From Eledone cirrhosa (lineage: Eukaryota), in assembly GCA_964016885.1 (NCBI GenBank), contig OZ024741.1, positions 314,588,001 to 314,652,000 on the forward strand: a stretch of 64,000 nt of DNA. Direction: 5' to 3'. The notes under the pieces were generated by a model that was given only the letters and a program-made list of their open reading frames with translations, was not told the origin of the DNA and ran no database searches. How positions within the stretch are numbered: position 1 is the stretch's first letter; every line of letters begins with the position of its first letter. Both the position numbers and the translations under genes were made by a program. Positions 1 through 13,551 of this stretch are shown in pieces.

Positions 1-300
1 TTTTCTCTTCCTCTCGATCACATCATCTTCTGTATTCCCAGTCTTTGCTCCCAGATACAGGACGTCCTCAACTAATTCTAGCGGCTTCCCGCCTATAATA
101 GTAATCTTTTCTGGCTTCTTAATATTCTCTACCATATACTTCATCTTAATCTCATTTATTCAAAGCCCCATATTTATCGATACAGTCTCCACCTCCTGCA
201 TCAAATCCTCTGCCTCCTTCACTGTGTTTGTCACCAGAACTATGTCATCGACAAATTCAGCATCCGATATCTTTTTCGCCTTAACTCTGCTCTTCTGACC
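1..300 (-). mobile_element. RTE-clade LINE RT fragment (copy in intron A, cut by the window edge)
   Basis: Minus-strand FVDDIVL...YLG...IERKRKAW; matches the copies in introns B-D. Confidence 0.75.
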
Positions 301-1692
301 CAATGTTACAGTAAAAAGCAAGTGAGCTAATCCGGAGGAGACAAAAGTGAGTAGTTATGCAGACTTCTTCTAGCCAGTATAGAAAAGGTTAATGTGCTCA
401 ATGCGAACCATGCGATTAAATGTAATGAGAGATAGCTTAACAATTGTATAATAAGCAGAGTAAAAACCGTTTTTAAAATGCTGGAGGGAATAACAAAGAT
501 TTATGAATACATGTATATATTTAATGGCTGACAAGCATGGCAGTGTAAAAACCTCATAACAGCCATTTTGTGTGGCTGCTATCACTTCCTTTCACTTCCA
601 ACCTTTTACTAACAATATTCCACATTTAAAGAAGTTTTTTCACTTCGGTGATATAATTCAATTTATGAATTAATATGATATGAAGAATATTTTTGTAGGC
701 TCTGATGGCTCTAGCTCCCACATTTTGAAACCGATTTCGTTCAAATTTTGTAGCAAAATAGAATTTATCATTGCACATCCTGTAATGGCGTAATACTTTG
801 CATTTTTTGTTCAGGGACGACGTGGCAGCCGCTTATATTTTCAAAATATACAACTTTTAGACTCAAATTTCCACTTTTTCGGTGGGTACTGCAGCTAGTA
901 TATATATAAATTTACAGTATCGTGAGAGAGGATAGAGAGATGAGGTAAAAGGAAACAATACAGAGGATTATTTGCCAAAAGCGGGTGCAAATGTGCTCGA
1001 TGCTTAGGCAAGCAAGGTTAAACATTAGAGGCGTTAATATTTAGTGTACGAAGTTAAGCAGAGCATTTATAATCGAAAATATTAATGAAACAGAAGCAAG
1101 CCGTTAAAACACATTTATAAATAACCTAAAAACATTTGTATTAACATCATTATTTTAATTTTTATTTGTATTTAAATCATTTATTATCTTATGTATTTGT
1201 ATTTCTCCACTTAAACATATTTTATGTGGATCATTTTATCCTATAATATAATACATCTCGAACTAGCTATTTTACATAGTAATGTATATTCGTCCGTATG
1301 TTTATTTTATTTTCTTTCTTCTTCATATCCCCATATTCATGATTAATTTCTATCCCCTTCTGCCTCCTCATCCCTCTTAATCTTCCTCTATTTCTTCTCA
1401 TCTTCCTTACTTATCCTTCCTCTTTGCCTATGCTATATCCCCACCCCTTTTATCTTTCTATATATATCTTTATTATTATTAATATTATATTTATTTTGAT
1501 GTGATAGTTTGATTTCATAACTTTGCCGGTTATACATTTAACTATATCTTCGTTCCTTCTTTCGTCATTTTCTTTCTTTCTCTCTCATTTCCATCTGTAC
1601 GCCTTCCTTTATTTATTTATCATTAATACTATTATTGATGTAGAAATTTGAATTTTCAAGTTTACCGTTACGCATATATTTTATATTAGTTA

Positions 1693-1803
1693 ATAGTTTC
1701 TGATGAAATGATTGAATTTAGATGTATGGTAAATTAAGTTATACTGTCTCCAGTATTTAGCAATTTATAGACAATTCTATCATGGAAACAATTGTAAGAC
1801 TAT
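1693..1803 (+). ncRNA. Type I minimal hammerhead ribozyme in a PLE pLTR remnant (intron A)
   Basis: Helix I atagttt/agactat; CTGATGA 1700-1706; long helix II atgattgaatt/aattctatcat; GAAA 1785-1788; palindromic helix III CAATTG; GTA cleavage triplet; first helix II pair is A.G. Confidence 0.75.
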
Positions 1804-1853
1804 AAATAAATATCCATGTTTGTACTGTCAACCATGTTATTCTTAACTTTTTT

Positions 1854-1904
<51 letters not shown>

Positions 1905-2634
1905 TGAAAAGTGTAATTTACTACACAAAACGAAGGTTATAGAGAAAATTGAGGTTCGTAATGGCACATGGAATATATGAGACAGAATACTTTTTTGTGA
2001 AAAAACAAATAATTTCATAAGGTAAGGAAATAATAAAGGGTATAAAAAATGACCGGTTTCGATGGGTCTGCAAAAGCCATCTTTTCAAATGTTGATTAAT
2101 ATTAAGAAAAATTAATAATAAGAAGAGTTAAAATTTGAGATTTGAAGATTCAAGTATAAAATTCATTGTGGGATTTCACAGTAGATTTCATCTTGGTAGC
2201 AGCTCGTTTAGCAGCTCATTGACTGCTGGGTCCCTTTCTGGTAGTGAATGAGAAGTTATTTGAGTTGTGGGATATTTTATAAAGGTCAAATTTAGCAATG
2301 GCCAGATGGCCAGCTGCTGGTCAGTGATGGGGTGGAAGCAATATACATACATATATCTTCCTGTGGTAGGTAGGAGAGGGGAGATTGATAGAAAGGGATT
2401 TAGTGCACTTACACCTATATATACACACATACCTTCATCCACACATACATACATATACATATACATACACATATATACACATATATATATATATCCATAC
2501 ATATACACACGTACATACACACACACATACATATATATACACACACACACACATACACACACACATATATGCACATACACACACATATATATATATACAC
2601 AAACACACATATATATACATACACATACATCCAG

Positions 2635-2697
<63 letters not shown>

Positions 2698-2760
2698 CAT
2701 ATGTGTACATACACATATATATACACATATACATACACATATATATGCACACATATATAT

Positions 2761-3398
2761 CGCCGTATTTTGACTAAAGAAATTAAATAAATTATTTAGC
2801 CTGATAATGGGGTTAAGAACCCTCGGAGAAATGGAAAAAGATGAGTATTGACATACATGGGAGTTGAACCCACATCTTTGGTTATCCGGACCACTGTGAA
2901 ACCATTTACACCAACACATCAAATAAATATAATATTAATAATATCAGGCCAAATAATTTCTTTACTTTCTTTCGTCAACATACAGCGATCGCTTACATTT
3001 CTAATAATTTCAAACCCACTCGCTGCTCCGTCTGGCTAAATAATTTCTTTAATTTCTTTAGTGAAAATACGGCGATAGCTTACATTTCTAATAATTCCAA
3101 ACCTATTCGCTGCTCCGAAAATATTCTTACTTGACATTACACTCGCTAAGTTTATAGCTTCTAATTTGAATGGAAAAAGACGGGTGATGTGTTGGTGTAA
3201 ATGGTAGCACAGTGGTCCTCATAACGAAAGATGTGGGTTAAACTCCCATGTACGTCAATACTCATCTTTTTCCAATTCTCCGAGGGTTCTTAACTCCACT
3301 ATCAGGCTAAATAATTTCTTTAATTTATTTAGTCAAAATACGGCGATAGCTTACATTTCTAATAATTTCATCCCCACTCGCTGTTCCGAAAATATTCT

Positions 3399-3401
<3 letters not shown>
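2761..3401. repeat. tRNA-derived repeat: inverted partial copy plus partial tandem copies (intron A); also at about 16898-17534, 24238-24878 and 31472-32025
   Basis: A-box tggtgtaaatgg and B-box-like ggtt(c/a)(g/a)actcc; 2761-2921 is the reverse complement of about 3185-3345. Confidence 0.75.
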
Positions 3402-3441
<40 letters not shown>

Positions 3442-3499
3442 TATGTATATATAAATATATATAATATAAGATCAAAAGATGGTTAAAGGAGTTCCATGT

Positions 3500-3568
3500 A
3501 TTTTATTATGCGCATTTCAAAAACAAACATCATCATGCAATAATATTTGTGTTTTCATCAGATAAAAC
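3500..3568 (-). ncRNA. Hammerhead ribozyme in the inverted pLTR
   Basis: Reverse complement of 5749-5817. Confidence 0.8.
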
Positions 3569-5748
3569 AGGAGAACATGATATGAAGGCTAAAAAACACT
3601 TGTGGATAGTGCAGTTTTAAATCAACATATGAAAAGTGGTTTTAGATTGATGTGTGATATTGGGAAATATATTTTATTTAGAGAGGGGGGTGGAAAGGAT
3701 GAAAAAGGGGAGGAGATGAGAGGGAGAGATGGGTGATAGAGAGAAAGAGATAGTTTTTATAACTGAGAGGAGATATATTGTTTTACATAGAGAGCTTGAA
3801 AACCGTTGGAAGATAATGTATGAATTAAAAGAATTTGAAAATTAACGAAGCGAGGATATGTGCGAGGAAAAAATATTTTATTTAGGGAAGGGGGTGGAAA
3901 GGATGAAAAAAGAGGAAGGAGATGAGAGTGAAGGTGGAGAGGGAGAGATGGGTGATAGAGAGAAAAAGATAGTTTTTATAACTGAGAAAAAGATATATCG
4001 TTTTACATAGAGAGGTTGAGAACCGTTGGAAGATAATGTATAAATTAAAGGAATTTGAAAATTAACGAAGGGAATTTATGTATGAAGATAGAGAGAAAAA
4101 ATAATAATTGTGGATGAATATTCTAACGTCAAAAAAAGTGTATGTTGATAAGTATTGTGGCAATTTCAAAATTAACGAAGAGAAAAATTATTAAGGTTTG
4201 TGTGTAGAAGGATTTGAGAAAAATAATGTGAAGTTAAAGTTTGTATATTGAAGGAATTGATAATATATGCGAATAAAGAGTTAATATGTATTAAGAATGA
4301 GTTCGTTGATGGGGAGAAAAAAATAATAAATTAAGGATGAAATTGAGATTAAAAAGATTTATGATAGAGAGAAAAAATAATAATGATTGCGGATGAATAT
4401 TCTAACGTCAAAAAAACAAATGTATATGTTATGAAGGATTTTACAAGGTGAAGATAGAATGAGGGTAATGAGTAAACAAGTATTATAGAGTGTATAATGC
4501 CCTTTAAAGTAAGGTAGGAAGATGGGTATATTTTAAAGAGGTGTATGTATATGTGCCTTTGAGAAAAGATTCTAAATTGATAAAGAATTGAATATTAACT
4601 GTATACTTTGTGAAAAGTCCTATGGAATTTATGCAGGCAGATAGAAAACAAATCTGTACGTCTATTTATTATAGAATCTAGGTTAGAGATAAGGGTAAAT
4701 TTTTCATTTAGGCAGAGATTACAGATTTTAGATAGAGAGCTGTTCAAGTATGAGGATGCAGAAGAAACCTTCTTCCAAAAGATGGTATATTTAATGTTTT
4801 TGTCTTTTAAGGACCATTATACACTCTATAATACTTGTTTACTCATTACCCTCATTCTATCTTCACCTTGTAAAATCCTTCATAACATATACATTTGTTT
4901 TTTTGACGTTAGAATATTCATCCGCAATCATTATTATTTTTTCTCTCTATCATAAATCTTTTTAATCTCAATTTCATCCTTAATTTATTATTTTTTTCTC
5001 CCCATCAACGAACTCATTCTTAATACATATTAACTCTTTATTCGCATATATTATCAATTCCTTCAATATACAAACTTTAACTTCACATTATTTTTCTCAA
5101 ATCCTTCTACACACAAACCTTAATAATTTTTCTCTTCGTTAATTTTGAAATTGCCACAATACTTATCAACATACACTTTTTTTGACGTTAGAATATTCAT
5201 CCACAATTATTATTTTTTCTCTCTATCTTCATACATAAATTCCCTTCGTTAATTTTCAAATTCCTTTAATTTATACATTATCTTCCAACGGTTCTCAACC
5301 TCTCTATATGAAACAATATATCTTTTTCTCAGTTATAAAAACTATCTTTTTCTCTCTATCACCCATCTCTCCCTCTCCACCTTCACTCTCATCTCCTCCC
5401 CCTTTTTTCATCCTTTCCCCCCCCCTCCCTAAATAAAATATTTTTTCCTCGCACATATCCTCCCTTCGTTAATTTTCAAATTCTTTTAATTTATACATTA
5501 TCTTCCAACGGTTTTCAACCTCTCTATGTAAAACAATATATCTCCTCTCAGTTATAAAAACTATCTCTTTCTCTCTATCACCCATCTCTCCCTCTCATCT
5601 CCTCCCCTTTTTCATCCTTTCCACCCCCCTCCTCCCTAAATAAAATATTTTTCCCAATATCACACATCAATCTAAAACCACTTTTCATATGTTGATTTAA
5701 AACTGCACTATCCACAAGTGTTTTTTAGCCTTCATATCATGTTCTCCT

Positions 5749-5817
5749 GTTTTATCTGATGAAAACACAAATATTATTGCATGATGATGTTTGTTTTTGA
5801 AATGCGCATAATAAAAT
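5749..5817 (+). ncRNA. Minimal hammerhead ribozyme in the 5' pLTR
   Basis: Helix I gttttat/ataaaat; CTGATGA 5756-5762; long helix II; GAAA 5799-5802; palindromic TGCGCA helix III; predicted cleavage after ATA (5810). Confidence 0.85.
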
Positions 5818-6022
5818 ACATGGAACTCCTTTAACCATCTTTTGATCATATATTATGTATACTCCAGTCCTACAAACTGTAGAGTGCTTCTTATCCGATA
5901 TCTGCATTACTTTATTGTACTACAATAAAACTCACCTCCTACATTAACTTGCTCCTTAACGGTTGAGCGCTTACTCTCATATTGGATACCTTTTGATGGT
6001 CCTTCACCTCTTCTTCTACAAC

Positions 6023-8407
6023 ATGGATTATTACAACATAACCAATTCAACTTAAGACATTCCTATACCTGGTAAATCTGAATTCACCAAACTTCTTATT
6101 GAAAAAACTGACTCCTTCGTAAGAAGACTTAGATGGACAGCCTATTTCTATGACCAGCGCCTAAAAGGGAACTTCCATACCAAAGAACATAACTTCCTCG
6201 ATCATCTTTTTAATTCTAGACGAAATCCTCCTTCCAACAAAAATCTAGTACAATTCGAGGAAGAATTAACTAAAATAATAAAAAATCTTAAATTCAAGAG
6301 ATACCCTTACAAAGGACAAGAGCACCTTGTAAATCTCAAGAACACAATCTCTAACCTAAATTCCTCAAAAAATGTTTTAGTCCACTCTGACAAAACCAAT
6401 AACTTATATGGTATTTCCAAGGATAATTATAACAACCTTATCCTAAAGGAACTTAGGAAAAAGTATCGTAAAACCAACCATGAAAATATAGAATACATAA
6501 ACCTTGAAGCCTCTGAGATTATGTCAATCTTGGCATTGAAAAAAAGACCGAACCATTCCTCCCAAGAACTCCGTGGATAAATCTCAAGGATCACAAAAAC
6601 AATTTGCGCACTGAACTACCTGTTAGATTAATCGCCCCCTCTAAATCTGATCTGGGGGTTGTTAATAAAGCCATCTTGGATAGAATTATCCCACAGGTTA
6701 GTTCTAATTGCTCTTCTTTGAACCTAAATTTATGGTTTGGTACTTCTGAGGTGATTGGCTGGTTCAACAAATTGGATAATAAAAACAAACTAAAATTGAT
6801 TCAATTTGATATTGCCAGCTACTATTCCTCCATTTCGCCTTCACTTCTCAATAATGCTCTATCTTTCGCACTTAAATATTCTGACATCACCACAGATGAA
6901 CTTCACATCATCCTCACCGCACGTAAAACCATCCTAGAGTTCAACAACGAATATTGGACCAGAGCCGATACCTCTAACAACTTAGACATCACAATGGGAG
7001 CATCCGATTCATCCCAATTGACTGATTTAATTGGTATCTTCATTTTGAACTCTTTGAGTCGGAAAATTCCTCAACTTCGCGGTGGAATTTATCGTGACGA
7101 GGGAGTCTTTACTATCCTAAATTGCAATATAATTAACCTTAATATTATTAAGAACAATATACGTAATCTCTTTAACCAACATAACCTAAAAATTGAATTT
7201 GATAATAGTATCAAACTAGCTAATTTCTTGGATGTATCTCTTAATCTTGACACTGGCCTATATTACCCTTACCATAAAAACAATGAGAACCTAAATTATG
7301 TTAACTTTAAATCTAACTATCCTACCAATATCAAGAATGCTATAGTTAGTAATATTGGAAAAAGAATATCTAACATATCCTCTAATAAAATCATCTTTGA
7401 TGCTAACGCCAATTACTATAATAACGCACTTTCTAAAGCCGGCTATCCAGATAAAATCAAATATAGTAAAGAAACAAATTCTAGAAAAACTTACAGTAGA
7501 ATAATTAATCATGATCATTCCAATAATTTTAATAAAAGACCTAGATACAAAAACATAATCTGGTATAATGCTCCTTTCTCCATCTCTATTAATAACAATA
7601 TTCCTAAATTATTTTTTAGTGCCTTAAATAAATGCTTCCCTCCCTCATATCTATAGTAAAATATTTAACAAACACACCATCAAATTTTCTTATTCTACAT
7701 CCTCCAATATTTCCAACATCATCTCTAAACACAACAATAAAATACTAAATACTAAATCTCTTCCTTCCAATATTGAATTTCATAATAACAGTAATAGTAC
7801 TCCCGACGTCATTGTAAACCCTAGGCTAACTTCTGTAAACCCAAATACAACGTCAAACACAACTTCGCTAAATGTTCATAATCCAACTCTAAATCAAGAA
7901 ACTATTATTCCTATTATTCCTATCGCAAACAACTTCTCCAATCCAATTCCTGCTATAGATAACATTAGGTCACTCATTAATAATCTCTCTAATTGCAACT
8001 GCCGCATTAAAAATAAATGTCCTCTCAACAACCATTGTCTCGATAAAAACTTAATTTATGAATGTAAAATTATAACTAGCACCAATTCCTTCACCTATTT
8101 TGGCTCCACTTCCACCTCTTTTAAAGCTCGTCTCTATAATCATCAGTCATACAAACTTAAAAGAACCAACACTGCTCTCTCAGAACTCATATGGTCCTTA
8201 AAAGACAAAAACATTAAATATACCATCTTTTGGAAGAAGGTTTCTTCTGCATCCTCATACAGCTCTCTATCTAAAATCTGTAATCTCTGCCTAAATGAAA
8301 AAATTACCATTATCTCTAACCTAGATTCTATAATAAATAGACGTACAGATTTGTTTTCTATCTGCCTGCATAAATTCTATAGGACTTTTCACAAAGTATA
8401 CAGTTAA
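6023..8407 (+). pseudogene. Disrupted PLE RT/GIY-YIG ORF
   Basis: DIPIP...VRRLRWTA, SDKTNNLY, LKDHK, QFDIASYYSSI, DITMGASD, GIYRDEG, FLDV, CNCR..CPL...C, LIY..TYFG, CNLCLNEK; stop at 6053, frameshifts near 6523 and 7652. Confidence 0.9.
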
Positions 8408-9443
8408 TATTCAATTCTTTATCAATTTAGAATCTTTTCTCAAAGGCACATATACATACACCTCTTTAAAATATACCCATCTTCCTACCTTACTTTAAAG
8501 GGCATTATACACTCTATAATACTTGTTTACTCATTACCCTCATTCTATCTTCACCTTGTAAAATCCTTCATAACATATACATTTGTTTTTTTTGACGTTA
8601 GAATATTCATCCGCAATCATTATTATTTTTTCTCTCTATCATAAATCTTTTTAATCTCAATTTCATCCTTAATTTATTATTTTTTTCTCCCCATCAACGA
8701 ACTCATTCTTAATACATATTAACTCTTTATTCGCATATATTATCAATTCCTTCAATATACAAACTTTAACTTCACATTATTTTTCTCAAATCCTTCTACA
8801 CACAAACCTTAATAATTTTTCTCTTCGTTAATTTTGAAATTGCCACAATACTTATCAACATACACTTTTTTTGACGTTAGAATATTCATCCACAATTATT
8901 ATTTTTTCTCTCTATCTTCATACATAAATTCCCTTCGTTAATTTTCAAATTCCTTTAATTTATACATTATCTTCCAACGGTTCTCAACCTCTCTATGTAA
9001 AACAATATATCTTTTTCTCAGTTATAAAAACTATCTTTTTCTCTCTATTACCCATCTCTCCCTCTCCACCTTCACTCTCATCTCCTCCCCGTTTTTTCAT
9101 CCTTTCCACCCCACCCACCCCTCCCTAAATAAAATATTTTTTCCTCGGACATATCCTCCCTTCGTTAATTTTCAAATTCTTTTAATTTATACATTATCTT
9201 CCAACGGTTTTCAACCTCTCTATGTAAAACAATATATCTCCTCTCAGTTATAAAAACTATCTCTTTCTCTCTATCACCCATCTCTCCCTCTCATCTCCTC
9301 CCCTTTTTCATCCTTTCCACACCCCCCTCTCTAAATAAAATATTTTTCCCAATATCACACATCAATCTAAAACCACTTTTCATATGTTGATTTAAAACTG
9401 CACTATCCACAAGTGTTTTTTAGCCTTCATATCATGTTCTCCT

Positions 9444-9512
9444 GTTTTATCTGATGAAAACACAAATATTATTGCATGATGATGTTTGTTTTTGAAATGC
9501 GCATAATAAAAT
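9444..9512 (+). ncRNA. Minimal hammerhead ribozyme in the 3' pLTR
   Basis: Same sequence as 5749-5817; CTGATGA at 9451, GAAA at 9494. Confidence 0.85.
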
Positions 9513-9642
9513 ACATGGAACTCCTTTAACCATCTTTTGATCTTATATTATGTATACTCCAGTCCTACAAACTGTAGAGTGCTTCTTATCCGATATCTGC
9601 ATTGCTTTATTGTATTACAATAAAACTCACCTCCTACATATA

Positions 9643-9744
<102 letters not shown>

Positions 9745-9750
9745 TATATA

Positions 9751-9822
<72 letters not shown>

Positions 9823-9844
9823 AGTATATATATATATATATGTA

Positions 9845-10260
9845 CATGTATATCACGAAAGTAATCACCAAAGTAATTACCAAAGTAAACGTACAGAAAA
9901 TATAAATAAAGTGAAACAATCGGATACAACTTTGTCAACGCTGATGAAACCAATAACCTATACAACATGGATAAACAAGAATCACCGAAATCTTAAATAG
10001 GGAGTTAAGTAAGAAATGTAAAAAGTGACTTTAAAGTGAAATCTGGATGAGGCAATTGAAGACATGAATTAGATAGTAACTAGACGTCAGAAACGCGGAT
10101 AACACTGAGGTTTACAAACCGAATTACAACACTAATGTCACAGTCAGTCATATTGCAATTCAGGCCGGTCATCGAAGTAATAAGCAAAATTCTAATTAGT
10201 GTCTTCGCCAACGAAGACTCTAATTAGATATAATAAGGACCTATGAACGGGAAAATATTG
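9845..10260 (+). mobile_element. Old PLE ORF fragment (also near 17750, 25015 and 35120; deleted in intron D)
   Basis: [15 protein letters not shown] resembles the PLE ADKTNNLY motif; degenerate RLIxP-like sequence follows. Confidence 0.5.
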
Positions 10261-10521
10261 TTCGTACAGTTTCTATATTACAATGGGATCCAGTGACTCA
10301 GAGCAGGTGACCGATTACGTGAGATATGTGAAGAAGTGTTTTCTGGGTCTCAGCGGAGGATTATATCATGATGATGCCCTATGTATCCCACTCATACATA
10401 AACAGACAGATTAGCGAGGATGAAGGAGTAAATATCTTAAATTTTCAAAAACATAAGACAAGAAGTCGCAATCTACAGTAAACATTAAAAATCTGATATA
10501 TCAATTCAATTCTTCGACATT

Positions 10522-10557
<36 letters not shown>

Positions 10558-11060
10558 ATTTTTTATGGTCGTTTTGCAAGCCTCAACAATGCAGATGGGT
10601 AAATCTCCGGGTAACAAAATCCGGTGGTGGAGAGAGAGATGTAAGCGAATGGAGAATGAGATGTACAGGGTGTAGTGGAATGTTGGAAGGAGCGTAAAAA
10701 AAGAAAATAATAACACGGGAGAGATTTAATTGTCCCAATATTTCGGATGCGCATCCATCAACTGGGAAGCTTTCCGGGGGAAAGTTATCTGTCGGAGAGG
10801 AACAGTATGTGGCCTCTGTTGTCCGCTGTTTGTTTGTAACTGAGGTATTCTGTAGAGCGCACTTGCGCGCGGAAGGGGTGCGGTCAAGCAAAGATCAAAG
10901 CACCTCCTTTTTTATTGTGGGAGTGGGATAGCAATACACTGTATGGTTAATAAAAAGCATTTTGAAGACCTTGCGCTATTGTTTTATGTAGTAACTATGT
11001 CACTTACTTCTATGCTTTTAATTAAGCATACAGTTTATTGCAAAATACACTATATATACA

Positions 11061-11128
<68 letters not shown>

Positions 11129-11210
11129 ATGAAGGTGTGATAAGATACCAAGTGGAGTTCAGTTCTAGCTGTCAAAGTGAGCGGTGCTCAGACGTCGTAC
11201 CCCTAACACT

Positions 11211-11259
<49 letters not shown>

Positions 11260-11289
11260 CATACTCAAGACCCGTGACGGCAGAGCTCC

Positions 11290-12960
11290 ACCATAGTACA
11301 GAGAATGGGACCCTGTCAAGAGGTTCTCCCTATCTAAAAAATCTAGATACAATGGCTTACACTTTGCTAAGTACCTCTCAAGCAGTCGTCGCCCTATAAA
11401 GGGAGAATCAATGGCACTTTTCTTCTTCTTCTTCTTCTTCTTCTTCTTCTTCTTCTTGCTAAAATGGTAGTGGGTGGGGGAACCATTCCTTCCAGTGGGT
11501 TTGTCAGAAGCAACCGTCTCCAAATAATCCGGCTGGATCCCTAATCTAGACCAGATCTGCTCAAGGATGTTATGCAACCATCTTGCACGGTCTCTCTCGC
11601 TGGGCTTCCTTCCGGGTGCGTTTACCCGTAAAATCTTTGTATCGATTTTTTCGCGAGACATTTTAAACGCATGGATATAGTATCGTATCTGTAATCTCTC
11701 AATTCGGAGAAGAAGCGACACTCCCTGGAAGGAAACCAGATCTCCAAGCTACGCACCCTACTGAGTAACGTTACTGAAAATACCCTTTGGAGGAACCCTA
11801 TTTCTGACGCTTGTATTCACGATCATATTCGTTTGATCATTACCCAAGATTCATGACCATAATGCGTGTGTACACGAATACCATACTGAAGATAACCAGT
11901 TTGGATTTTTCACCTACATCCCTTCTTCCGCATTACAGCACCAGCTCCTGCAATTCTTGCGCACTTAATTCAGCGCCATGCGTTCCATCACTTGGTAACT
12001 TTGCCTCAACATACTTGAATTTGTCCACCTTTTTAAGTGGAACTCCATTCATATATAGATTGCACGGCACAAGGATACCTTGAGACGACGAGTGTCTCAG
12101 TTTTCGCAGCATTGATTTTCATTCCAGCCATGCAGCACTCGACATCAAACCTACAGAGTGCAATTCGGTGATTTTCTTCTTCGGAGTTAAGGAATACCGC
12201 GTCGTCTGAAAATTCTAGCCGACTGATTTTACACTTGCCAGTCATGATACAACTTCTAGCCCGACTGCCCATGTCAATCATTTTCATATAAATAATGAAC
12301 ACGATAGATGAAAGACGCACTCCCAGATTGAATGGTTTCCATTTAGCACCATTTATCCAGTGGTAGCATAAATTCAAACGTCATCTTATCTACTTTGATT
12401 ATCTCTCGAATTAATCATGCTATAACATTTTCAACAAATTTCATAACATGGTCCATCAACTTGATACTTCCGTACTTATTTTCTCTAGTGCATCTTCATA
12501 TTCCTTGTAGACGATGACGATAACTTTGCTGCTCCAGTCATTGGGTATGACACCTTTCTTGTACTACTTGTTTAACTATATGTCCGAGTAGCACATATCC
12601 TACAATGCCAGGTGCTTTTAGCCTCTCAACAAATATACCAGATGGTCCAGTGGCCTTCTCTAGATTCATGTCCCTAATTGATTTATCTATCTCATTGCTG
12701 TCAACTTCTTAGCTGATCCCTTAGTCAGATATACATGTGGTAAGCCCTTACTGTCCCATTTATTCTCTTCGTTCAGTAGTCTCTCATATTAAGTACTTCT
12801 TTTCGGTATAAGACAAGGTGGGTGTTCCACTGCCATTTCGACCATTTCATGATTTTCTCTAGCACACTCTCTTGCAATCCTTTATACATCCTTCAACTGA
12901 TCTTCGCGACGAAGAACATGGGAAAATGTTTTTCTACCTCTGGCCTTGCTAGGTATACCT
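11290..12960 (-). mobile_element. Nested RTE-like fragments: element with an (AAG)n 3' tail (about 11418-12360) inside another RTE RT region; copies at about 19280-21025, 26466-28140 and 32182-33778
   Basis: Inner element: LEFSDDAV, GMKINAAKTE, LLRIER..RYY and a (ctt)n tail. Outer element: IPNDWSSKVIV...FEFMLP | [23 protein letters not shown]. Confidence 0.75.
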
Positions 12961-13366
12961 AGTTAAACCTAGTTAAGGAGATAATGAAGGTAAGGGTGGG
13001 TAGGAAGACTTGACAAAAGAAAGACAGGCGTCAAGCTCTTCATGTTAGAAAGAAGTGGCTCAGATATAATACTCAATATAACGGCCGTATATCTTAGGAG
13101 TAGGTGCAGTATACTGGGAGAAAATTTGATCTTCGTCGTAGCTGACGAACAAGTCGGCGTATTTCGTGCACATACATTTTACCATGGCTATCCCAGTAAT
13201 GTGTCGGTAATACTTCCTCAAAATTGTTGAGGTTGAGAACAACTGATTCTTTTATCACCACTTTAATCTTATAATTATTGATATGGTATATATAATTGAT
13301 ATCTCATTTATAACTGTATTTAATTAATGGTATATTCAACATTGTCATGTATATTGATATTTTCAG

Positions 13367-13501
13367 AATGCCCAGCAGGAAAGTATGGTGTGTATTGTCG
13401 GTTGACATGCCATTGTTTCAACAAAACTAAGTGTGAACAAGTAACTGGAAACTGTCCAGCTGGATGTGCTGCAGGTTTTATGGGTAGCAGCTGCGACGAA
13501 G
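13367..13501 (+). CDS. Internal coding exon 1 of a multi-EGF-repeat protein (MEGF10/SCARF/laminin-EGF-like), [45 protein letters not shown]
   Basis: tttcag acceptor, G|gtattt donor, 135 nt, phase 1-1; C-x2-G-x-YG-x2-C-x3-C-x-C-x5-C-x3-TG-x-C-x3-C-x2-GF-x-G-x2-C pattern. Confidence 0.85.
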
Positions 13502-13551
13502 GTATTTCTTAAAGATACTACGTATTTACCATATATATATATATATATATA

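Larger units (their letters stand above)
3461..9639 (+). mobile_element. Near full-length Penelope-like element: inverted 3' segment (3461-4817) + pLTR (4815-5944) + ORF + pLTR (8503-9639), inserted in a (TA)n tract
   Basis: RT plus GIY-YIG ORF; ~1.1 kb direct repeats; 5' inversion with 3-bp microhomology (cat); ataaatatat on both sides (3451-3460, 9640-9649); empty site in introns B, C and E. Confidence 0.93.

Noticed and set aside
2188-2922. Long ORFs rich in YI/CV/HT (here and in many other places)
   Set aside because: Stop-free translations of (TA)n, (CA)n and (TATG)n microsatellites
2942-3401. CRISPR-like array of recurring segments
   Set aside because: Eukaryotic context; ~90-bp partial tandem copies with no unique spacers and no cas genes
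9941-9947. CTGATGA as another hammerhead core
   Set aside because: No helix II or GAAA..UH geometry; it encodes part of the [11 protein letters not shown] motif
13327-13512. 61-aa [18 protein letters not shown]... as a small secreted Cys-rich peptide gene (four copies)
   Set aside because: The apparent leader is the pyrimidine-rich acceptor region, and the ORF ends just past a GT donor. Phase-1 exon structure explains it better, though transcripts are needed to exclude it fully
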